Notes: generated by a model not told the origin, from the sequence alone. Positions 1-10,284 are shown, counted from the stretch's first letter. The stretch is DNA of 64,000 bases from Spirochaetia bacterium (GCA_963668315.1 OY764216.1:2240001-2304000), one strand, 5' to 3'. Program-made: numbers and translations.

Positions 1-345
1 ATCCGGTTTGAGGGAAATCTTCAGGGGCCTATGGTCCAGAGAGTAGAGCGTCAGGCGGCGGGAACCCTTTCTGCCGTAGCCCAGCATACTGTCGAAACGG
101 TGTTCCTCCCTGTCCTCCTTGTAGGGAAGGAGAACCTTCAGAACTCTCTCGTCATAGGTGATATAGGGGATGGAGTTGTTATAGATGATCAAACCGAGAA
201 TCAGTATCATCCCCCCCGCGAAAATCAGGGTGTCCAGAAGGCTGTAGTTGATAAAGAGAGGACGGAGCCCCAGAAAGAGGGGAAGGATAAAGAGGAAATT
301 GAGAAGTTTGCTAGTCGGACTTTTATGAAAGGCTCCCAGATCCAT
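1..345 (-). CDS. hypothetical membrane protein, partial (runs off window start)
   Basis: Hand-translated minus frame from ATG at 345: MDLGAFHKSPTSKLLNFLFILPLFLG...LIFAGGMILILGLIIY..., open to position 1. Two hydrophobic segments; TGT-TATTAT -10 box 6 nt upstream. Confidence 0.7.
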   Translation of the reverse strand, partial: MDLGAFHKSPTSKLLNFLFILPLFLGLRPLFINYSLLDTLIFAGGMILILGLIIYNNSIPYITYDERVLKVLLPYKEDREEHRFDSMLGYGRKGSRRLTLYSLDHRPLKISLKPD

Positions 346-412
346 GGATCAATAATAACACAATTGGAGAAAAATACTACACCCTGACTGGGAAATCTGC
401 TATAATTCAGCC

Positions 413-1207
413 ATGCATCCCCGATCCGTTCAAATCATGGCCATAGCCAACCTGACGCCCGACTCATTCTATGCTTCCAGCCGGACAAAAGCGGTGGATC
501 AGGTGCTGAAAATGATTGACGAAGGGGCCGATATCATCGATATCGGCGGGGAATCCAGCCGTCCCGGCGCGGAGTATGTTTCTCTGGAGGAGGAGACGGA
601 AAGGGTCATTCCCTTCATCGCCGAGCTCCGAAGACACCGGGATATTCCCATTTCGGTGGATACAAGAAAGAGCGAAGTGGCCCGGAAAGCCCTGGATCTG
701 GGCGTTCAGATCATCAATGATATCTCCGCCTTGGAGGATGACGGGAAGATGGGGGAGGTCATTGCCTCCTACGGAGCCCGGGTCATTCTTATGCATAAGC
801 AGGGCATACCCGTCTCCATGCAGGAAGACCCCCATTATGAAAGCGTCACCGACGAGGTTCTCCGCTATCTGCTTGAGAGAGCGGAGGCGGCGGTAGGAGC
901 GGGTATCTCCCGGGATAATATTATTCTCGATCCGGGTATCGGTTTCGGGAAAAGGCAGGAGGACAACCGGCGCCTGCTTCAGGATATCCCCCGCTTCAAG
1001 GAGACCGGTTTTCCCCTCCTTATCGCCCTGTCCCGAAAATCCTATATCGGGAATATACTGGGCGCGCCTCCCGAGGACCGTCTTTACGGAACCCTGGCGG
1101 CGGACATGTACGCCTGCCGCCTGGGGGCCGATATGATCCGGGTTCACGATGTGAAACCCCACAGGGATATGCTCGATGTTTTGGGGGATCTCCAGTGGAT
1201 TGGATAG
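413..1207 (+). CDS. folP: dihydropteroate synthase
   Basis: NLTPDSFY, DIGGESSRPG, ISVDT, DPGIGFGK, SRKS and RVHDV motifs. Confidence 0.96.
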   Translation: MHPRSVQIMAIANLTPDSFYASSRTKAVDQVLKMIDEGADIIDIGGESSRPGAEYVSLEEETERVIPFIAELRRHRDIPISVDTRKSEVARKALDLGVQIINDISALEDDGKMGEVIASYGARVILMHKQGIPVSMQEDPHYESVTDEVLRYLLERAEAAVGAGISRDNIILDPGIGFGKRQEDNRRLLQDIPRFKETGFPLLIALSRKSYIGNILGAPPEDRLYGTLAADMYACRLGADMIRVHDVKPHRDMLDVLGDLQWIG

Positions 1208-1986
1208 AGAACAGCTGGTTTATCAATCATCTCCTTCTTCCTTTTCTCGATGTGGGGATTCTCTCTTTCATCATCTATCAGGCCTATACGATCCTGGAAG
1301 AGTCCCAGGCCATCCAGCTTCTCAAGGGTGCGCTTACGGTGGTCATCATCTATATCGCCGCCCTTTTTCTCAAGCTGGAGACCCTGCTGTGGATTCTTAA
1401 CATCCTCGCACCGGGCATCATGATAGGGCTGGCCATCGTTTTTCAGCCCGAACTGAGAACTGTATTCACCCGGATCGGCCAGCGGGAGGTATTCTCCATT
1501 AAGGGACGTTCCCGCTCCTATCATATCGATTACACCCTGAGCGCTCTGGAAGTTCTGGCCAGCCGCCGGAGGGGAGCCCTGGTGGTCTTTTCCCGCTCCA
1601 GCGACCTCAAAAGCATCATCGAGACGGGTACCCGGCTGAATGCCGATCTGTCCTCCAGCCTGGTCATTACCATCTTCGGGCACGATACGCCCCTCCATGA
1701 CGGGGCCATCGTCGTTTCCGAAGGCAAGATCGTGGCGGGCGGCTGTTTCCTTCCCCTGTCGCGGCAGACGAATCTGAGAAAAAGTTTCGGTACCCGCCAC
1801 CGGGCCGCCCTGGGACTGACCGAGGAGACCGATGCGGTTGTGCTCGTCGCTTCGGAAGAGACGGGAGCCATCTCCCTGGTGTACGATTCCAGTCTGTATT
1901 ACGACCTTTCCATACCCGAGGCGGAGAAGGAGCTCAAGAGACTTCTGGGCATACAGGATGAGCTGTCCGGGGATGAGGAGATATAA
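1195..1986 (+). CDS. cdaA: diadenylate cyclase CdaA/DacA
   Basis: Three N-terminal TM segments, FQPELR, catalytic HDGA and GTRHRAA motifs. Confidence 0.95.
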   Translation: MDWIENSWFINHLLLPFLDVGILSFIIYQAYTILEESQAIQLLKGALTVVIIYIAALFLKLETLLWILNILAPGIMIGLAIVFQPELRTVFTRIGQREVFSIKGRSRSYHIDYTLSALEVLASRRRGALVVFSRSSDLKSIIETGTRLNADLSSSLVITIFGHDTPLHDGAIVVSEGKIVAGGCFLPLSRQTNLRKSFGTRHRAALGLTEETDAVVLVASEETGAISLVYDSSLYYDLSIPEAEKELKRLLGIQDELSGDEEI

Positions 1987-2918
1987 TGAAACTGCTCGAC
2001 CGATTCATGCACCGCTGGCATATTAAAATATTCTCCTTCCTTCTGGCGCTGGTTCTCTTCTGGTTCTATCGGATCTCATCTCTGGATGAACGGTTTTTTT
2101 CCGTGCCCCTCCATCTGGAAATGAATCAGGAATTCATTCCCGCCGGGGATTATCCCAGTCACGTGACGGTCACCATCCGGGGGACTTCCGAAGAGATCTT
2201 CTCCGTCCTGGAGGAAGATATATCCGTCAAGGCCGACTTCTCCTCCCACGGAACGGAAGGAAGTTTCCGCGAACCCATCGAGGTGAGCAGCAAGGGGACC
2301 GCTGCGGATCGGGGCAACCTGGAAATCCATATCGATCCGGGCGACGTGGTCATAAGACAGGAGAAAAAAGTAACCAGAACACTGCCCGTTGATCCGACAC
2401 TGACGGGATTTCCCAGTATGGGATATGAACTCAGTCAGTACTTTGTCTCGCCCTCATCGATAACCGTTGTGGGTCCCAGAAGCGTGGTGGAATCCCTTGA
2501 AAGCCTCTCCACCGAAGCAATCGATCTCTCGGGCAAATTCGAGGACTTTACTTCCATGTCCCGTCTGGTCTATCCTTCCGGTCTGATCTATTTCCCCGGG
2601 GGGGATGTGGTCGAGTTCCGCGGAGTCATATCCGAAGCCCTTCTGGTTAAGACCATCGCCAATCTCGATGTTTCCCTTCTGAACCTTTCGGATAAACTGA
2701 TTGTCCAGGGTGCGATTCCCGGGGGAAGCATTACGATTCAGGGAAATCAGGTGCAGATTGAGGATCTGGCGAAGGAGAATATTCTGCTCTTTGCCGACTG
2801 CAGCGGGATTACCGCCCCCGGTGAGTATACCCTGAATGTCCGGCCCCAGATCCCCGGCGATGCGGCCCTTCTTAACTGGCTTCCCAAGGAAATCACCCTG
2901 ACTGTCACAGGAGAGTAA
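1986..2918 (+). CDS. cdaR: YbbR-domain regulator CdaR
   Basis: N-terminal anchor (KIFSFLLALVLFW), YbbR-like repeats (PSSITVVGPRSVV), directly downstream of cdaA. Confidence 0.85.
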   Translation: MKLLDRFMHRWHIKIFSFLLALVLFWFYRISSLDERFFSVPLHLEMNQEFIPAGDYPSHVTVTIRGTSEEIFSVLEEDISVKADFSSHGTEGSFREPIEVSSKGTAADRGNLEIHIDPGDVVIRQEKKVTRTLPVDPTLTGFPSMGYELSQYFVSPSSITVVGPRSVVESLESLSTEAIDLSGKFEDFTSMSRLVYPSGLIYFPGGDVVEFRGVISEALLVKTIANLDVSLLNLSDKLIVQGAIPGGSITIQGNQVQIEDLAKENILLFADCSGITAPGEYTLNVRPQIPGDAALLNWLPKEITLTVTGE

Positions 2919-2919
2919 T

Positions 2920-3774
2920 TTGACCGGACCGAAAGTTAGTTATTATGCCAAGAACGCGACCTCCTGCCCCGTCTGTCAGACCGAGTTCAAGCGGGAGGAG
3001 CTACTGACCGGCGGGGGAAGAATGAATGCCGGTGATTTGACCGATGAACTCCACAGGCAATACCTGACCACGGGAAAGTACGGCGATGTGTATCCCCTTA
3101 TCTATCCCGTAACCGTCTGTCCCAACTGTTTTTACGCCGCCTATACGCCCGATTTTGATGTGATCGGCCCGTCGGCGGCGGGGGAGCTGAAGCATCAGAC
3201 CGGGGACAGAAAGAATCTGGTAAAGAATATCGATCCGGCGATTGATTTTCACAATATCCGCGGCCTTAAGGAGGGAATCGCCTCCTATCTTCTGGCCATG
3301 ACCTGCTACGAGAAGCACGGCGTCGACAGGGCTCCCTCCTTCCGGCAGGCCGTCTCTTCTCTCCGGGCCGCCTGGCTCTGCATGGATTATCATCAAAAAG
3401 TTCCCGACGATAACTGGGATTACCTGGGGCAGGTTTTCTACAGGAAGGCGGCGTTCTTCTATACCCTGGTTATCGAAAACGAGGAGAACGGAAAAGAGCA
3501 GGTCTCCTCCCTGGGAAATCTGGGGCCGGACATTGATAACAACTACGGTTTTGACGGAGTGCTGTATCTATCGGGGCTTTTAGAGTTCAAGTACGGGCAG
3601 CGCAACAATATCTACGAGCGGGGAGAAAAGCTTAAGCGGGCCCGCTCCATGGTCGCCAGGATCGTGGGCATGGGAAAATCCTCCAAGTCCAAACCGGGGC
3701 CCCTGCTGGAATCCTCCCGGGAGCTCCATAAGCGGATCAAAGTGGAACTTGACGGGATGGGTGTGGATGTCTAA
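2920..3774 (+). CDS. DUF2225-family protein (Zn-binding CxxC pairs plus helical domain)
   Basis: TTG start; CPVC and CPNC pairs, LRAAWL motif. Confidence 0.75.
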   Translation: MTGPKVSYYAKNATSCPVCQTEFKREELLTGGGRMNAGDLTDELHRQYLTTGKYGDVYPLIYPVTVCPNCFYAAYTPDFDVIGPSAAGELKHQTGDRKNLVKNIDPAIDFHNIRGLKEGIASYLLAMTCYEKHGVDRAPSFRQAVSSLRAAWLCMDYHQKVPDDNWDYLGQVFYRKAAFFYTLVIENEENGKEQVSSLGNLGPDIDNNYGFDGVLYLSGLLEFKYGQRNNIYERGEKLKRARSMVARIVGMGKSSKSKPGPLLESSRELHKRIKVELDGMGVDV

Positions 3775-4534
3775 ACAGCGTATCGCCCTGCTGGTTTCCT
3801 ACGACGGAACGGATTTCTGCGGATGGCAGATACAGAACGGACAGGACTCGGTAAGCGTTCAGGGAACTCTGGAGAGAGCTCTTTCGGAGATCTGCGGGGA
3901 AGCTGTGGCCGTTACCGGGTCAGGCAGAACCGATTCGGGTGTCCATGCCACAGGCCAGGTCGCCCATGCCGATCTGGGAACCAACATCCCCGCCGCAAAG
4001 GTCCGGGAAGCCCTGAACTCCCGTCTGCCCGGAAGCGTTCGCATACTGAAGAGCCGGGCCGTTCCCGATGATTTCCACAGCAGATACAGTGCCGTCCGAC
4101 GGGATTACGCCTACTATATCTCCTCCGGAACCATTCCCCCGGCCCACAGGAGGAACTACTGCCACTTCACGCGGAAACGCTACTCCCTGACCGAGCTTGG
4201 CCGGGTGGCTTCCGTTCTCTCAGGTATTCATGATTTCAGTACCTTCGCCGCGGCGGGAGATCAGAGTAAAAGCCGCATCCGGGAGATCTACTCGGCTTCT
4301 TTTCACCGGGAGGGGGATTTGCTGGTCTTCCGTATCGGGGGAAATGCCTTCCTCTGGCGGATGGTCCGGTCCCTTACGGGGACGATACTCCACGTGGCCG
4401 ACCAGGGCGGCGGTCCCGAAGAGATGCGGCGCCGGCTGGAGGCCTGCGACAGGAACGAAGCCGGCCCGACTGCCCCGGCGAGGGGATTATTTTTAGAAAA
4501 GGTGCAATATGGATCTGAATACGGTTTTTTCTGA
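3767..4534 (+). CDS. truA: tRNA pseudouridine(38-40) synthase
   Basis: SYDGTDFCGWQ, GSGRTDSGVHA, FLWRMVR, APARGLFL; start moved to ATG at 3767. Confidence 0.96.
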   Translation: MSKQRIALLVSYDGTDFCGWQIQNGQDSVSVQGTLERALSEICGEAVAVTGSGRTDSGVHATGQVAHADLGTNIPAAKVREALNSRLPGSVRILKSRAVPDDFHSRYSAVRRDYAYYISSGTIPPAHRRNYCHFTRKRYSLTELGRVASVLSGIHDFSTFAAAGDQSKSRIREIYSASFHREGDLLVFRIGGNAFLWRMVRSLTGTILHVADQGGGPEEMRRRLEACDRNEAGPTAPARGLFLEKVQYGSEYGFF

Positions 4535-5237
4535 TTACTGGGAACTTCTCAATCTCTGCGAAGATTATATAAACGGGGGCTACCGCTCCGACCATGAACC
4601 GGCTCCGGAATTCCGCTTTCAGAGTGATAAGCCCCTTCCCGGTTCCGGGGCTGCGGAATCTCCCTCGCATCCGGAAATGTCACCCCAGCCGGGAACTCTG
4701 GGCGAAAGGATACTTTCCTGCCGTCGCTGCGACCTGCATATGGCCCGAAAACAGGCTCTTGTCGGTTCGGGAACGGAGAATCCCCGCCTTCTTGTACTGC
4801 TTCCTCCCCCGGGATATGACGAGGATGAACAGAATACCCCTCTTACCGGAGAAGGGCTGGATTTTCTTGATAAATGGCTGGGTGCCGTGGGGGTCGAGCG
4901 CAAGGACGTCTATCTGACCAACAGCATCAAGTGCCGGACACCGGGAACCCGTCCCCCCTTCGAACCGGAGGTGGAAGCCTGCCGGGCCTATCTGGAGGAG
5001 CAGCTCGAACAGCTTCAGCCGGAAGCGGTTCTGATTCTGGGAGAAACGGCTCTGGCCTCACTGACCGGCGAGAGGGGAGGTCAGGCTCTGGAAAACCGCA
5101 GGGGCAAGCCTTTTTTTCGGAACAATATCTTCTGCCTGGCGACCTATGATCCGGCAAAGGTTCTTCAGGAGCTTGCTCTGAAAAGGCCTGTATGGGAAGA
5201 CCTGAAAATCCTGCGGGACTTTCTGAATCATGGATAA
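4509..5237 (+). CDS. uracil-DNA glycosylase family 4-like protein with degenerate motifs
   Basis: CRRCDL, TNSIKCR and later Cys (4Fe-4S ligands), KRPVWEDL. Motif A reads LPPPG and motif B reads YDPA. Confidence 0.8.
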   Translation: MDLNTVFSDYWELLNLCEDYINGGYRSDHEPAPEFRFQSDKPLPGSGAAESPSHPEMSPQPGTLGERILSCRRCDLHMARKQALVGSGTENPRLLVLLPPPGYDEDEQNTPLTGEGLDFLDKWLGAVGVERKDVYLTNSIKCRTPGTRPPFEPEVEACRAYLEEQLEQLQPEAVLILGETALASLTGERGGQALENRRGKPFFRNNIFCLATYDPAKVLQELALKRPVWEDLKILRDFLNHG

Positions 5238-7200
5238 GTACATTGAATTAGCCTTCAATATCCCCCTTAACCGAAGCTTCACCTATCTGCTGCCCGGGGA
5301 AGAACTGCCAGAAGAGGACACTCCCCTGGTAGGGCGGAGGTGTGAGGCTTTCTTCGGGCGTAAAAAAATGACCGGATGGATCACATCTGTATCCGAGACG
5401 CCTCCGGACGATCTGGAACCGGAGAAGATCAAGCCGGTGAAGCGCGTCGTCGACGGGGAGCCTCTCTTTGATGAGGAGTACGGACGTCTGGCCCGATGGC
5501 TCAGCGATTTCTACCTCTGCTCCCTGGGAGAAGCCCTATCGGCCATGCTGCCCGGAGGAAGGCGTGAGAAGGAACTGCCCGCCATGGGTACCGAGGATGA
5601 TCCCGGGGTTCATGCGGCCGTGACGCTGACACCCGACCAGGACGGGGCCGTGGGGACGGTTCTCAGGGATGAGGGACCCTTCTTTTATCTACAGGGGCCC
5701 ACCGGTTCGGGGAAGACAGAGGTATTTCTCCAATGCGCCGAAAGAACCATTGACCGGGGACGGGGCGTCATCTATCTGGTCCCCGAGATCGCCCTGACCC
5801 ATCAGATGGTTGATAATCTGAGACAGCGCTTTAAGGGTTCCATGGCTCTGCTCCATTCCCATCTCACCCCGTCCCAGCGGCTCAGGGAGTGGAACCGGAT
5901 CAGAAAAGGGGAGGCCCGCTTTGTCCTGGGAGCCCGGAGCGCCGTTTTCGCCCCCCTTCCCGACCTGGGACTGATTATCATCGACGAAGAACACGAAGGC
6001 TCCTATAAGGCCGGTTCAACCCCGCGGTATCATGCCCGGCAGGTGGCCATGCACCGGGTAAGGAGATCTTCGGCGAAGCTTATCATGGGAAGCGCCACTC
6101 CCTCCCTCGAGGCCTGGCACGGTATGGACGAAGGGGCCATCGTTCCCGTCCGGCTGACCCAGAGAGTGGGGGGAGGAGAATTCCCCCGCATCCGCCTGGT
6201 GGATATGAGAAAGGAGACCCAGCTCTTTTCCCATGAGCTTATCCGTGAGATCACGCGGGTCACCGAGGAGGGAAACCAGGTCATCCTGTTTCTCAACCGG
6301 CGGGGATTCAGCTATAACTACGCCTGCCGGAGCTGCGGTTTCGAAATGGTCTGCCGCAATTGTTCCATACCCATGACCTACCACAAGGAAAAGGGAGGGA
6401 TGGTCTGCCATTACTGCGGCTATCGGACGGCTCCTCCCCGGGCCTGTCCCTCCTGCGGTTCCCTGGATGCGGGTTTTTCCGGTTTCGGAACGGAGCAGGT
6501 GGAGGAGGAGATGGTCCGCCTTTTCCCCCATCTCAAAACGGTACGCCTCGACAGGGACAGTTCCCAGAAGAAGGGAATGGGAAAGCAAGTCATAGAACAG
6601 TTCCGCAAGGGGGAATTCCATGTCCTTCTGGGAACGCAGATGGTGGCCAAGGGGCTGAATTTTCCCAAGGTGAAGCTGGTGGGTATCGTTCTGGCCGATA
6701 CGACTCTGAACATGCCCGATTTCCGTTCCCCCGAAAGAACCTTCGCCCTGGTGACCCAGGTTTCCGGCAGAGCCGGCCGCTACTCCGCCGGAGGGGAAGT
6801 CCTCATCCAGACCTACCGTCCGGAAGCGGATGCCCTGGCCCTGGCCGCCCGGTACGATCAGGAGGAGTTCTACCGAAAAGAGCGGGAGAGCCGGCTCATG
6901 CTCTCCTTCCCCCCGTCCAACCGCCTCTTTCGTCTTGTCTTCCGTTCACGTAAGGAGGAGGACGCCCGAAAGGCGAGTGAAAAAGCGGCCTATATGCTGG
7001 AGCATGCGGGAGAAAAGGATCTCCTGGGCCCTTCCGAGTGCCCTCTGGCCGTAGTGGCGAACAATCACCGCTGGCATCTGATCGTCAGAACGGCGGAGTT
7101 TTCCCTGACCCACGACAGAATCTCCTGGTGCCGGGAACAGATCGAGCTGCCCTCATCGGTCTATATGGAGATCGACGTGGATCCCCAGTCTATTATGTAG
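5230..7200 (+). CDS. priA: primosomal protein N' (replication restart helicase)
   Basis: GPTGSGKTEV, DEEH, NRRG, four CxxC pairs, GTQMVAKG, QVSGRAGR. Confidence 0.97.
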   Translation: MDKYIELAFNIPLNRSFTYLLPGEELPEEDTPLVGRRCEAFFGRKKMTGWITSVSETPPDDLEPEKIKPVKRVVDGEPLFDEEYGRLARWLSDFYLCSLGEALSAMLPGGRREKELPAMGTEDDPGVHAAVTLTPDQDGAVGTVLRDEGPFFYLQGPTGSGKTEVFLQCAERTIDRGRGVIYLVPEIALTHQMVDNLRQRFKGSMALLHSHLTPSQRLREWNRIRKGEARFVLGARSAVFAPLPDLGLIIIDEEHEGSYKAGSTPRYHARQVAMHRVRRSSAKLIMGSATPSLEAWHGMDEGAIVPVRLTQRVGGGEFPRIRLVDMRKETQLFSHELIREITRVTEEGNQVILFLNRRGFSYNYACRSCGFEMVCRNCSIPMTYHKEKGGMVCHYCGYRTAPPRACPSCGSLDAGFSGFGTEQVEEEMVRLFPHLKTVRLDRDSSQKKGMGKQVIEQFRKGEFHVLLGTQMVAKGLNFPKVKLVGIVLADTTLNMPDFRSPERTFALVTQVSGRAGRYSAGGEVLIQTYRPEADALALAARYDQEEFYRKERESRLMLSFPPSNRLFRLVFRSRKEEDARKASEKAAYMLEHAGEKDLLGPSECPLAVVANNHRWHLIVRTAEFSLTHDRISWCREQIELPSSVYMEIDVDPQSIM

Positions 7201-7828
7201 CGTAGTATCCCCGGTAATCCTCGGGGAGAAGTTCGGCGATTTTTCCCATCATACTGTCCGCCAGGGCCTGTCTTTTCTCCCCGGTGAGCCGTCCTTCCGG
7301 GAAATCCGGATAAAAGGGTTCCCCCACGCGCAGCTTCATGGGGGTGCGCCGGCCTTTCTTCAGGTTGGCGCTGTATTTCTCCAGCCCCCAAACGGCTATG
7401 GGGTAGACGGGAATCTCCGGCTTGGTGAAAAGGGTCACCCCCGGTTTTGCCTGAATCAGCCGGCCGTCCCGGCTCCTTGTTCCCTCCGGGGCGATACAGA
7501 GAAAATCCCCCTCTTCCAGTACTTGCCGGCAGGCGCCTATGGCCTTCTGGTCCACACCGGCCCGGGAGATGGGAATGCACTGCCAGACCTCCATCATCTG
7601 TCTGGTTGCCCATTTATCCCACAGCTCCTCTTTTCCCAGGGCTATGGTGCGGCGGGGGCGCAGATAGGAGTAGATGACCGGTCCTTCGATATTGGACATA
7701 TGGTTGGTTATAATCAGGGCGGGGCCGTTCTTCTGAACCTTCTTCAGCTCGTTCCGGCTCTCCCTGTCCAGTTTCACAGTGAGTCTGATAGCAAGCCTTA
7801 TGGCTGCATTTACAAGAAAAGTCCTCAT
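7193..7828 (-). CDS. lysophospholipid acyltransferase (PlsC family)
   Basis: NHMSNIE (HxxxxD-like, with E) and APEGTRS motifs. Confidence 0.85.
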   Translation of the reverse strand: MRTFLVNAAIRLAIRLTVKLDRESRNELKKVQKNGPALIITNHMSNIEGPVIYSYLRPRRTIALGKEELWDKWATRQMMEVWQCIPISRAGVDQKAIGACRQVLEEGDFLCIAPEGTRSRDGRLIQAKPGVTLFTKPEIPVYPIAVWGLEKYSANLKKGRRTPMKLRVGEPFYPDFPEGRLTGEKRQALADSMMGKIAELLPEDYRGYYAT

Positions 7829-7834
7829 AGGGTT

Positions 7835-7863
7835 ATTCTAAACCGCCCTTCCGGCTTATTCAA
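7835..7863 (-). promoter_or_regulatory. sigma70-type promoter, leaderless candidate for the acyltransferase
   Basis: TTGAAT-17 nt-TAGAAT, then 6 nt to ATG at 7828. Confidence 0.7.
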
Positions 7864-8788
7864 TAGGAGGCACGGACACCCGGTTCAGCAGACCGTCGAT
7901 AAATTCCTTTTCCCCGGTCTGACCGGCATAGCGGCTGCCTTTCAGAAGGATTCGTTTTTTCAGGACCGGGTAGATCATGGTCTGGATATCGCCGGGGGTC
8001 ACATAATCCCTGCCCCGCAGCGCCGCCAGGGCCTGAGACGTTTTATAGAGAGCCAGGGAGCCCCGGGGTGAGACGCCCATAATCAGGGAGACGTCGCTGC
8101 GGGTCAGCTCTATCAGAGAGAGGATATAATCGCGGAGCTTGTCATCCACATGGATTTCCAGAACCTCCTCCTGGCGTTTCTTAAGCTCTTCAAGCCCTGT
8201 GATCCGATCCAGCACTTCTCCCTCGTCGGGTCGCTTCATAATCCACCGCTCCTCCTCCATCCCGGGATAACCGAGGCTCAGCGTGAGAAGAAAGCGGTCT
8301 TTCTGGACTTCCGGCAGGGGAAAGGTGCCCTCCGTCTCCACGGAGCTTTCCGTGGCAATCATGAAAAAAGGGTCCGGGAGGGACAGGCTTTTCCCCTCCA
8401 CGCTTATCTGCCCTTCCGCCATGGCTTCCAGCAGAGCCGACTGGGTGCGGGGGGTGGCCCTGTTGATTTCATCGACAAGAAGGAGATTGGTGACCACCGG
8501 TCCCTTGCGGAAAAGGAATTTCTCTTTCTCCTCATTGTAGACGGATACGCCCAGAACGTCGGCGGGGAGCAGATCGGGGGTGCACTGGATGGATTTGAAT
8601 TCCCCGCCCACCACCGAAGCCAGGGACCGGGCCAGGAGGGTTTTACCCGTCCCTGGTTTGTCCTCTATGAGTATATGCCCCCGGCAGAGGAGGGCGGCGA
8701 GGATGGTCTCTATCGCTTCATCCTTGCCGAAATACCGCTTATGTATCTCACGGCCGACCTTATCGGCCCACTGCTGAAGGGTGGTCAT
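7856..8788 (-). CDS. MoxR-family AAA+ ATPase (downstream copy)
   Basis: EDKPGTGKT, IQCTPDLLPAD, DEINRA, QKDRF, SPRG. Confidence 0.92.
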   Translation of the reverse strand: MTTLQQWADKVGREIHKRYFGKDEAIETILAALLCRGHILIEDKPGTGKTLLARSLASVVGGEFKSIQCTPDLLPADVLGVSVYNEEKEKFLFRKGPVVTNLLLVDEINRATPRTQSALLEAMAEGQISVEGKSLSLPDPFFMIATESSVETEGTFPLPEVQKDRFLLTLSLGYPGMEEERWIMKRPDEGEVLDRITGLEELKKRQEEVLEIHVDDKLRDYILSLIELTRSDVSLIMGVSPRGSLALYKTSQALAALRGRDYVTPGDIQTMIYPVLKKRILLKGSRYAGQTGEKEFIDGLLNRVSVPPIE

Positions 8789-10284
8789 TTTCTCTTTCGC
8801 TCCTCTTTCACTATCATTTGGGTCTGTTCTATAAATCGGTCTATCTCATCGGGCTCTATGATCCGGGTCGAGTAGAAGTAGTCGTCCAGGAAGCGGGCCA
8901 TGGAATGGAGTTCCTCTTTTCTGTGGGGAATCGTCCCGGTAAGTTCTTTGAGATAGTCCGCCGGGGAGAGGCCCGTGCGGTAATCCCGCCCTCTCTTTCC
9001 GCCCCAGCGGCAGAGTCTGGTAAAGGCTTTGATCACTCTCCCTGACGATGGGAGGGCCTGTGATGATTCCCGGTGCTTCTTTCCCCTTTTTCCCTTCTCT
9101 TTCTTATTTCCCGCCCATATCTTTCCGGGATCAAAGGCATTCTCTCTTTGCCAGCCCCGCCGGCGGATAAGCAGGTTCATCAGCTGGGAAAGGTACTCCT
9201 TCAGTTCGGCCAGCCCCTCTCTTATTACTCCCTTGCTCTGGGCACGGCCCTTTATTGATAGGAAAGGGTGGAGAAGAAAAAGGATAAAAACACCGATTCC
9301 CGCTCCCAGCAGTACTCTCTTAATCAGGGCCTTCAGGGCATCGGAGAGCAGAGGCTCCCGGGGAGCCGAATCTCCCGGCATCATCAGGGGGGAACTGACC
9401 GCCGGCATGGTTCTCTCAAAACTCGGGATGTCAGGAAGAGGAACGGGTTTTCCCGGCGCCCCGGCGAAAAAATTTCCCAGCCAGGTGAAAAAATCCTCTA
9501 TGAGAGAGAAGGGAAGGCTCAGGTCGGAACGGCTCAGCATAAGCGCCGGAAGGGCGAGAAGAAGGAGCAGCAGGAAAAAGCGCCTTGCCTTGAGAGATTG
9601 CCATTCGCTTGCCAGTCGGATTCCTTCGGAAAGAAGGAGCAGTTCCTCCTCCATGCCGCGGCACAGGAAGAGAAAGCTCAGGCAGAAGATGAGCAGCACG
9701 ACTATCGAGGCCACCTGATAGGCAAATACCTTCCCCGTGATAAAGGAGAGAAAGACGAGGAGGATAATCGCCGACAGGGTGAATACCAGGGGAAAGAGAC
9801 GGATCTGACCGGCATATCCTTTCATTTCCTGGAGTTCGTAGCTGTACTGCCTTGTCCTGGCGGCCAGTTCCTTTTTATCAAAGGGAGCGAACAGGCTGAT
9901 AAGCTTTTCCCTGTACACCATGGCTTTGGTAAAAAAGAGAGTCAGACTCCAGCCGGCGGCACAGGAAAAGAGTACGGTCAGGGAACCGGCGGTGGCAGGC
10001 GTATAAAGGCCTCTGAAAAGTTCTCCCGAGAGGAGTTTATAGGCGAGAAAGGCGAAACACAGGAAAAAAACGAAGAAACGGAAGAGCAGGAAGAAGGGAT
10101 TCTCCCGTTTCCCCGAAGCGGAACGATAAAGCAGGAAGGCGCATAAATCGGCCAGTAAAACGAGACCGAAGAGAAGATAAAGGTTGATAAAAGGTTCAAT
10201 GAAAGGCGCGGCAAGGGTATAAACCGTCAGGAGCATCAGTACAGGCCAGAGCACGGCGAAGAGGGCGGCTTCTTTATGATTCAC
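8785..10284 (-). CDS. multi-pass membrane protein with DUF4129-like C-terminal domain
   Basis: About 8 hydrophobic segments; C-terminal GLSPADY...FLDDYFYS helical domain; MoxR/DUF58 context. Confidence 0.6.
   Translation of the reverse strand: MNHKEAALFAVLWPVLMLLTVYTLAAPFIEPFINLYLLFGLVLLADLCAFLLYRSASGKRENPFFLLFRFFVFFLCFAFLAYKLLSGELFRGLYTPATAGSLTVLFSCAAGWSLTLFFTKAMVYREKLISLFAPFDKKELAARTRQYSYELQEMKGYAGQIRLFPLVFTLSAIILLVFLSFITGKVFAYQVASIVVLLIFCLSFLFLCRGMEEELLLLSEGIRLASEWQSLKARRFFLLLLLLALPALMLSRSDLSLPFSLIEDFFTWLGNFFAGAPGKPVPLPDIPSFERTMPAVSSPLMMPGDSAPREPLLSDALKALIKRVLLGAGIGVFILFLLHPFLSIKGRAQSKGVIREGLAELKEYLSQLMNLLIRRRGWQRENAFDPGKIWAGNKKEKGKRGKKHRESSQALPSSGRVIKAFTRLCRWGGKRGRDYRTGLSPADYLKELTGTIPHRKEELHSMARFLDDYFYSTRIIEPDEIDRFIEQTQMIVKEERKRK

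Noticed and set aside
31..387. 118-aa plus-strand ORF
   Set aside because: Shadow of the minus-strand membrane protein ORF (1-345), which has a promoter signature and plausible TM segments
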